Origin: a virus
Strand: one strand, 5' to 3'
DNA length: 64,000 nt
IMG/VR virus record: IMGVR_UViG_3300021185_001461
Location: 57,229 to 121,228 of that record
Numbering within the stretch: the first letter of the stretch is position 1; each line of letters opens with the position of its first letter. The translations under genes and the position numbers were made by a program. Of the stretch, positions 58,267-64,000 are shown piece after piece. Under the pieces are notes generated by a model. The model searched no databases. It saw only the letters and a list, made by a program, of their open reading frames with translations, and had not been told where the DNA came from.

Positions 58267-59479
58267 GAAATTAAAACTACCTAGTTCGTTTTGTTTTGCT
58301 CCATACACTAATTTAGATTTGGATCAAGATGGAACATGGCTTCCGTGTTTTAGAAGTGAAGAAGCACAAGGAAGCTGGAAAGAATATGATATTACAGAGA
58401 CTTTTAATTCAAGCAACATTCAAAAAGTTAGAACAGATTTGTGGAAGGGCAAGTGGCCAAAGAACTGTGAACAATGCCAAGCACGTGAACAAGAAGGTAT
58501 TAAAAGTACAAGACAAGAATACAACGAACATCTATTAGAACTTGCAGACAACTTAGACTTTGTAAAAGATATTAAAAAAGCACCACAGTATAGTGGAATA
58601 GAAAACATTCATACATTGGAAATACGCCCACATAACTTGTGTAACCTAGCATGTGGACATTGTGATCCACACAGTTCAAGTAGATGGGTTAAAATTAAAT
58701 CAAATGAAACAAAGGATCAAGACTTTACAAAACATTTAATTGACAATCCCGAGTACTTAAAAAAGTTTTATACAAAAGCAGGTAACCTAAAGACTGTACA
58801 TTTTACAGGAGGCGAGCCTTTGATTTATGCATCCTCTCACAAAGAATGGCTAAACGGAATACAAAACAAACACAACATAGAACTTAGATATCATTCTAAT
58901 CTTAATCATAATCAACTAAGCACATATCAACACAAATGGGATAAGTTTAAACACGTAAAGTTTTTTGCAAGCATTGATACAAGTCAACGTTACTATGAGT
59001 TTTTTAGATTTGGTAGCAAATGGGATAGAGTAGATTATAATATTGATTATTTGTTAAAACAAAAGCACGAAGTAGTAGGTACTATTACAGTAAACTTCTT
59101 TACAATGCTTGATCTTGTGGGGCTTGTAAAGTACTTGGTAGCAAAGAATTTACAGATTCATGTAGCATTTGTAGACGCACCGGGCTCTTTGAATATAGCA
59201 TACATGAGCAATGAACAAAAGAATAAAGCAATAGAACAAATTGCACAAGCAAAATTAGAAATAAACTACAAAGAAGAATGGAAAGAACAACGAGGACATA
59301 TTGCATTAGATAAGATTACTGAATTTATCAAAGGTACATGGGAAGTAGATAAAGAAAAAACCAGAGGCGACTTAACATGGTGCAGTGATAAACAACATCC
59401 AAAGCAACTTGCTAAGTTAGATTACTTGGATAAGACTTATCAGAAACATGGATTCAAGTCTAGTTGGACTGAATTATAA
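58244..59479 (+). CDS. radical SAM enzyme with N-terminal twitch domain
   Basis: FCFAPY...PC...CEQC, CNLACGHC, FTGGEP. Confidence 0.9.
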   Translation: MNNSTHLEKLKLPSSFCFAPYTNLDLDQDGTWLPCFRSEEAQGSWKEYDITETFNSSNIQKVRTDLWKGKWPKNCEQCQAREQEGIKSTRQEYNEHLLELADNLDFVKDIKKAPQYSGIENIHTLEIRPHNLCNLACGHCDPHSSSRWVKIKSNETKDQDFTKHLIDNPEYLKKFYTKAGNLKTVHFTGGEPLIYASSHKEWLNGIQNKHNIELRYHSNLNHNQLSTYQHKWDKFKHVKFFASIDTSQRYYEFFRFGSKWDRVDYNIDYLLKQKHEVVGTITVNFFTMLDLVGLVKYLVAKNLQIHVAFVDAPGSLNIAYMSNEQKNKAIEQIAQAKLEINYKEEWKEQRGHIALDKITEFIKGTWEVDKEKTRGDLTWCSDKQHPKQLAKLDYLDKTYQKHGFKSSWTEL

Positions 59480-59513
59480 CAGTTAGATAAATATTTTAAA
59501 CAGGACTTTTACA

Positions 59514-59993
59514 ATGACACAATTTATAGCACACAGAGGAAACCTAACAGGACCCGAACCCACATTCGAGAACCGTATAGAATACCTATTGCATGCTTAT
59601 GATGTGTGTGGTGCAGTGGAAGTAGATATACAAACCCATCGTGGACAATTGTATTTCGGACATGATGATCCACAACAACCGGTATCGCTTGAATTGATAA
59701 TGCAAGACAATTGGTTTTGTCATGCAAAGGATCTAGAATCGTTAAGTAAACTATTAGAATTGGGTGCTCATACATTTTGGCATCAACAAGATACAGTAAC
59801 AATTACCAGTAGAGGATACATATGGTGTTACCCAGATGTGTATCTCATTGACAAACGTGCTATATGGTTAGACTTCGAAGACAAGTTTACTGACTTAGAA
59901 CTAGTAGGTGGTTGGGGTTTATGCAGTGATAGATACCCAATGATAAGACCTGTACGCAGTCCTAAGCCTCCTATTAGTCCGTATACTAATTAA
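59514..59993 (+). CDS. glycerophosphodiester phosphodiesterase-like protein
   Basis: IAHRGN...EN, VEVDI, GHD, HAKD, CSD. Confidence 0.75.
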   Translation: MTQFIAHRGNLTGPEPTFENRIEYLLHAYDVCGAVEVDIQTHRGQLYFGHDDPQQPVSLELIMQDNWFCHAKDLESLSKLLELGAHTFWHQQDTVTITSRGYIWCYPDVYLIDKRAIWLDFEDKFTDLELVGGWGLCSDRYPMIRPVRSPKPPISPYTN

Positions 59994-60087
59994 TCAAGTA
60001 TGCGTGTATTAATCCAATAACAATCAGTGGACTAACTACTATAGCAAACAGTAAGAGTTCTTGAACTTTTCTTTTATAATACTTCAT
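59986..60087 (-). CDS. small membrane peptide (33 aa)
   Basis: MKYYKRKVQELLLFAIVVSPLIVIGLIHAYLIN*; ATGA-coupled to the upstream ORF. Confidence 0.5.
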   Translation of the reverse strand: MKYYKRKVQELLLFAIVVSPLIVIGLIHAYLIN

Positions 60088-60248
60088 TTAAATGGTCTTC
60101 GCTTTTCAAACCTATGTTGCTCGTTCATACGCACTTCATGTTTGTATACATAACGCAACACGTATGCTCCTATGCTCAACGCAACTAGTGTGTATATAAC
60201 TGGATAGTTGGCCCAAAGTTCGTCTCGGAACGCTATAATCCAACTCAT
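60084..60248 (-). CDS. small membrane protein (54 aa)
   Basis: MSWIIAFRDELWANYPVIYTLVALSIGAYVLRY...; ATGA-coupled. Confidence 0.55.
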   Translation of the reverse strand: MSWIIAFRDELWANYPVIYTLVALSIGAYVLRYVYKHEVRMNEQHRFEKRRPFK

Positions 60249-60454
60249 GACTTATTCTTCAACCAACGCATGCCCTTTCCCCAGGCACGTTCATGTAAAA
60301 AATATACCACGAACTTTATAACTGCATCTATACTTGCGATGCTACCGGCGATACTTATATTGCCTGTTAGTGCTAACGATATAACAAACGTTATCATAAC
60401 GCTTAATATACGATAGCTGATGCTTTTGTACAAGTGTACATGTAATGCTCTCAT
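60245..60454 (-). CDS. DUF2061-like membrane protein
   Basis: KSISYR...TG....A.SI......K...YFLHERAW. Confidence 0.75.
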   Translation of the reverse strand: MRALHVHLYKSISYRILSVMITFVISLALTGNISIAGSIASIDAVIKFVVYFLHERAWGKGMRWLKNKS

Positions 60455-60599
60455 AATCTATACTCCGTTTAGTGTATAGTCTTTCCTGAGGATTCACATA
60501 TACTTGATGTTTCTTATACTGTATTTAAGGTAAAAAGGGTGTATATTAACACATCATACTATGATTCAAAGCATCTTGGTGCTATAACCATACCTGTAG

Positions 60600-60806
60600 T
60601 GCAATATTGCTGAGGTAACTTCTCACTGTAATACACCTGTAAGCTCAGTGTACTGTTACGTGCTGATAATGATTATTACAGTAACCAGCTATACTGCTTT
60701 CACGTATCTGCCCAAGTTATACGGTGCTGCATATATATCTGGGCATGTGTGTGCTTACTTAGAGTAAAGGGTACGGAGTTTGCTATGCTCCTTTATTACA
60801 GCCCAG
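60600..60806 (-). ncRNA. candidate structured RNA or long leader
   Basis: No credible ORF; several hairpins; promoter at 60813-60841. Confidence 0.4.
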
Positions 60807-60812
60807 TAGTAT

Positions 60813-60841
60813 AATATATAACACTTGGACCAAAGTGTCAA
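60813..60841 (-). promoter_or_regulatory. sigma70 promoter
   Basis: TTGACA-17nt-TATATT. Confidence 0.65.
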
Positions 60842-60887
60842 CCTCAAAATACAGTTGACAAGCAACAATAACATGTTATAGTGTGAT

Positions 60888-60998
60888 ATGAAACATCTAA
60901 ATCAAATAGAGAAAAACGTATACGGCGTATACAGTATCAGTGTGTTTGGATTCCTTTTAGTGGGTATACTAAATGCTTTACAGAATACACTGTTATAA
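60888..60998 (+). CDS. small membrane peptide (36 aa), probably leaderless
   Basis: MKHLNQIEKNVYGVYSISVFGFLLVGILNALQNTLL*, just after TTGACA..TATAGT. Confidence 0.45.
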   Translation: MKHLNQIEKNVYGVYSISVFGFLLVGILNALQNTLL

Positions 60999-61208
60999 AA
61001 AGAATAGCGTAGTGCGGCGTTGTGGTTGCGGTTGCGAGTGTACCAACCCTAGACCCAGCGAAGCTCTGCGTTAAAAATTTTTTAGACCCTTACAACACAC
61101 CCTAACAACACAATTGTACATAGTAGGTGCCACAATGAATTATGGTAGCATATGTAGTCTGGATAATGCGGTAAATGGTTCTTAAATGACTGTATATAGT
61201 GTTGAAAT

Positions 61209-61613
61209 CTAACGGCCTAGTAGTGTATCCCAATACTGATCACGTGAGATATAATCCTGAAACAGTTGATCGTACCAGCGTGTGTATATGTACTCCGGAT
61301 TTTGTATAGCGTCTACACCTACACTCTGAATGTGTTCACGCCACCCAAAAGAGCATAACACCGTCCACAGTTCTCTTGTATTCAATAAGCCCCAAGGATG
61401 CAGTAATTGAGGTAAAGCATAACCTAAATCCTCGCACACAAGATCATAACTGTTTGACTCATCTATACTAAATGAATGTACAGCCCAAGTTAGTGGTAGA
61501 GAACTTTGAATCAGACGCTCGTAGTCAGTGATGTCTCTGTCGCCATATTCATTTAAATAACGCTTTGATATTATTAAATTGTGTATGCAATCGTGTCCGT
61601 GTATCCAGTTCAT
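61209..61613 (-). CDS. hypothetical protein
   Basis: 134 aa; TATAAATA box 5 nt before the ATG. Confidence 0.65.
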   Translation of the reverse strand: MNWIHGHDCIHNLIISKRYLNEYGDRDITDYERLIQSSLPLTWAVHSFSIDESNSYDLVCEDLGYALPQLLHPWGLLNTRELWTVLCSFGWREHIQSVGVDAIQNPEYIYTRWYDQLFQDYISRDQYWDTLLGR

Positions 61614-62086
61614 AATATTATTTATAGAATAGCTTAGAGACGAACACCTTTTCCCTAGCAGTAAAAGACCAAAAAAATATATGCGTAAATTTTTTTATAT
61701 ACAAAATACCAAGACTCTTCTATATATGCTAAAAGGCAAAAGTGTCAATACCCTGTATAACAATACACATAGTATAGACTATAGTAAGGACTACTGTATA
61801 TCAACGTCTAGTAGCTATCCGTTGTACGCACAGTGCATAGCACAATGCGTTATGGTTTTAGAGCTGTGTGAGAATAATCAGAAAAGGCTGTGTAGCAAAG
61901 TGGTAAAAAAATACAGATTTTTGTTGGGCGCCATCACTTTTTTTCACCAGACCGTAGCTGTGTCATTAGACCACCGTGATTTTACCATTCAGGAATCTTT
62001 TTCGAGAATCAGAATATAAAAAGAAATATAGAGATTCGTTTGAAGAATCCCTATATATTAGTTGAGAATACTTATATAAAGTCTAC

Positions 62087-62260
62087 TTATGCATCTTCTT
62101 TGCGATGCTTTACAGCACTAATAGGAAGTTTATAACAACTACCTGGCTGTTCAAACACTGTAACCCAGGGTCCTTCTACCTTAGTAACCCAACCGTTAAT
62201 AACCCTTTGGGCTGAGTTAGTAAACGTTACTGCATCATCTACTGCTACTGCCTTACGCAT
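62087..62260 (-). CDS. small SH3/KOW-like protein (57 aa)
   Basis: MRKAVAVDDAVTFTNSAQRVINGWVTKVEGPWVTV...; TAATG-coupled; resembles the upstream ORF. Confidence 0.65.
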   Translation of the reverse strand: MRKAVAVDDAVTFTNSAQRVINGWVTKVEGPWVTVFEQPGSCYKLPISAVKHRKEDA

Positions 62261-62538
62261 TATAGCACCTCCAACATGTTAGCTGGAACCTTCCACTTAA
62301 CACTACCAGTGTCTACTGTTACATACTTAATAGCTTTCTTAGTAACACTACCACTTACTAGTCTACCACCTCGTCCAGTAAACTGTACGTTATCACCTAC
62401 TTGTACTGTTCTAATAGCGGTTTGATTAATACGATTACGTCTAAGTTTGACTGCATCAACTACTGCGGCGATTTGATCTGGGTCCATATTGTGTATCATA
62501 CCCATAGTATCGTTAAGCATTTTGTCTGTTACTGTCAT
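62260..62538 (-). CDS. small protein with SH3/KOW-like C-terminus
   Basis: VGDNVQF.GR.G....G.VTK...K.V.V......WKVPA.ML; AAGGAG RBS. Confidence 0.75.
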   Translation of the reverse strand: MTVTDKMLNDTMGMIHNMDPDQIAAVVDAVKLRRNRINQTAIRTVQVGDNVQFTGRGGRLVSGSVTKKAIKYVTVDTGSVKWKVPANMLEVL

Positions 62539-62571
62539 AAGAGCTACTCCTTTATTGTTTAATATGTATAT

Positions 62572-62600
62572 ATTATAGCATAAGATGTCTTGGTTGTCAA
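62572..62600 (-). promoter_or_regulatory. consensus sigma70 early promoter
   Basis: TTGACA-17nt-TATAAT. Confidence 0.85.
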
Positions 62601-62802
62601 CCAGAACTACCGTTATTGGGCAAGATATTTGGCCACAATGCTAGACATCTTGCCCTATTATTGTTATAAGGGGGCCGGTCATATATATGAATTACCCTAT
62701 ATGAATCAATAAGGTGTTGCATTTTTGCAACAATCGTTTGCATACGTATGCAAAAAGGCCAGGTCATATATAGGATATCATATATATGTCTGAACCTCTG
62801 GC

Positions 62803-62841
62803 CAAAAAGAAACCCCATTGCACGGTCAACACAATGGGGTT
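62803..62841 (-). terminator. rho-independent terminator
   Basis: AACCCCATTG...CAATGGGGTT followed by TCTTTTT on minus. Confidence 0.7.
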
Positions 62842-62957
62842 GTGTATAGTTAGTTAAGGAGCCAGCCCCATAACACAAGGGTTGGTGACCGTTATATACA
62901 CTGTAGCAACCTAACGTACTACGTTTCCTCCCAAGAGGAACTTGAATAGTCTTTTAA

Positions 62958-63152
62958 CTATTCTTTTGTGGAATCTGGTTGGCTTTTAGCTGGACCACGT
63001 CTGCGATTACGTGTCCATTGTCCCACCTGAAGGTTCTCAGTGCGGGCACCAGTTTCACAAACCGTGATCTTTCCACCACGGGCTAGGTATTCTTTAACGG
63101 ATTCCTCCGTAAACTTGTCTGATTGTTGTTTGGTTATGTTGATATTGCTCAT
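62958..63152 (-). CDS. small basic protein with EYLARGGKI motif
   Basis: ATGA-coupled start at 63152. Confidence 0.65.
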   Translation of the reverse strand: MSNINITKQQSDKFTEESVKEYLARGGKITVCETGARTENLQVGQWTRNRRRGPAKSQPDSTKE

Positions 63153-63484
63153 ACAGCTACCTTGAATTCTAGACAACCTGAGCTACTATTCCACCAAATA
63201 TCGTTTAAATATCTATTGCGTTTGCCTACACAGTCCATTAAATGACTTGCGGCTCTGCATGCTGCCGATTGATCTACCAATCCATCTGTTACTGTAACAG
63301 CATAATCGCTTTCCCATATGAGGTCTACGTCCTTTGCAGCTGAGTTATTATAGTCCGGACACACTGTACGCAGTCGATATGATCCGTCTGGAATTTGGTA
63401 TTCGGGTTTCGCACAGTCCCATATTACGCCGTCTTCTGTGACTACATCTTCAAAACTATTAGCGTGTAATTCTGTCATACTCAT
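63149..63484 (-). CDS. hypothetical protein
   Basis: 111 aa behind a consensus promoter. Confidence 0.65.
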   Translation of the reverse strand: MSMTELHANSFEDVVTEDGVIWDCAKPEYQIPDGSYRLRTVCPDYNNSAAKDVDLIWESDYAVTVTDGLVDQSAACRAASHLMDCVGKRNRYLNDIWWNSSSGCLEFKVAV

Positions 63485-63514
63485 CTTGTAGAACCTTTCT
63501 GTTTATTGTTCCTT

Positions 63515-63543
63515 ATTATAGCTTAATTGTAGGTGTCTGTCAA
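63515..63543 (-). promoter_or_regulatory. consensus sigma70 early promoter
   Basis: TTGACA-17nt-TATAAT. Confidence 0.85.
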
Positions 63544-63765
63544 CCCAGAATCTACTGTACAACTAAAGCTTCTGCCCTGTGAAATCATGCCTAAATCCCC
63601 CACAGGTTCTAATTGTGAAAATATGTTATCCAACATCTGTATCTCATAGTCTGAACTCTCTGCTATATAGTCAAGTTTATCCAACATATTGAATCCTATA
63701 TATAGAACCAGACCCATCCATATGCCCACAGTTAAACCCAACATAGTAGTAAAGATAGCTCTCAT
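63523..63765 (-). CDS. small membrane-anchored protein
   Basis: MRAIFTTMLGLTVGIWMGLVLYIGF...; ATGA-coupled start at 63765. Confidence 0.6.
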   Translation of the reverse strand: MRAIFTTMLGLTVGIWMGLVLYIGFNMLDKLDYIAESSDYEIQMLDNIFSQLEPVGDLGMISQGRSFSCTVDSGLTDTYN

Positions 63766-63845
63766 AATCCCATAGTAGTAGCAAATGAATGCAGTAACCA
63801 ATACACACCTAATCCTATTGCTATTAATCCTATTATTCTGATCAT
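63762..63845 (-). CDS. 27-aa hydrophobic peptide
   Basis: MIRIIGLIAIGLGVYWLLHSFATTMGL*; AAGGA RBS. Confidence 0.5.
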   Translation of the reverse strand: MIRIIGLIAIGLGVYWLLHSFATTMGL

Positions 63846-63880
63846 ACTGTCCTTTCAGTTATTCTCATATTATACTACAT

Positions 63881-63909
63881 AGTATACACTATTATAACAC
63901 GTTTGTCAA
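63881..63909 (-). promoter_or_regulatory. sigma70 early promoter
   Basis: TTGACA-17nt-TATACT. Confidence 0.75.
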
Positions 63910-64000
63910 CCGAAAAGTCTTGGTTTTATATGCAATATATACACCATTTAGAACCGGTATTCCCTATAGTGAAGCACAGTGTAGTATATTGTGGTTTTAA

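Noticed and set aside
61681-62019. 112-aa plus-strand ORF
   Set aside because: No RBS, unusual composition and opposite orientation to its neighbours.
62597-62878. 93-aa minus-strand ORF
   Set aside because: It spans a terminator and the palindrome cluster, and has no RBS.
1-64000. CRISPR array, tRNA or rRNA genes, IS elements, DGR
   Set aside because: No regularly spaced repeats, cloverleafs, transposase or reverse transcriptase seen by eye; a dedicated scan could still find something subtle.
1-64000. Stop-codon reassignment
   Set aside because: Conserved genes are full length in the standard code, and TAA, TAG and TGA all act as stops.

Overview
An AT-rich 64 kb segment of a large T4-like myovirus, probably a jumbo phage. 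The host cannot be determined from the sequence, and the standard genetic code reads cleanly. Positions 1-19.5 kb (mostly minus strand) hold a PKD-repeat virion protein, the head module (gp23, gp22, gp21, core protein, gp20 portal), two paralogous tape-measure-like genes, gp26/gp51-like chaperones, a GIY-YIG nuclease, gp46/gp47 and the gp55 late sigma. Positions 19.6-43 kb (plus strand) hold the baseplate/tail operon, including a 3416-aa wedge/fibre protein. Positions 43-60 kb form an enzyme island: glycosyltransferases, three N-terminal-twitch radical SAM enzymes, and methyltransferase, oxygenase, sulfotransferase-like, HAD, nucleotidyltransferase and phosphodiesterase-like genes. Positions 60-64 kb carry small early genes behind sigma70 promoters. 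Best candidates for new biology: (1) a promoter-driven, pseudoknotted ~350-500 nt non-coding RNA directly downstream of the GIY-YIG gene; (2) a glutamine (glnA-type) riboswitch in front of a 50-aa basic peptide, next to a second ~175-nt pseudoknotted RNA, both just after the capsid gene; (3) a -1 ribosomal frameshift signal fusing the gp26-like and gp51-like ORFs; (4) the late-expressed glycan-building/tailoring island. All protein calls come from motif recognition by eye and all RNA structures from manual base-pairing; no database search or folding program was run.
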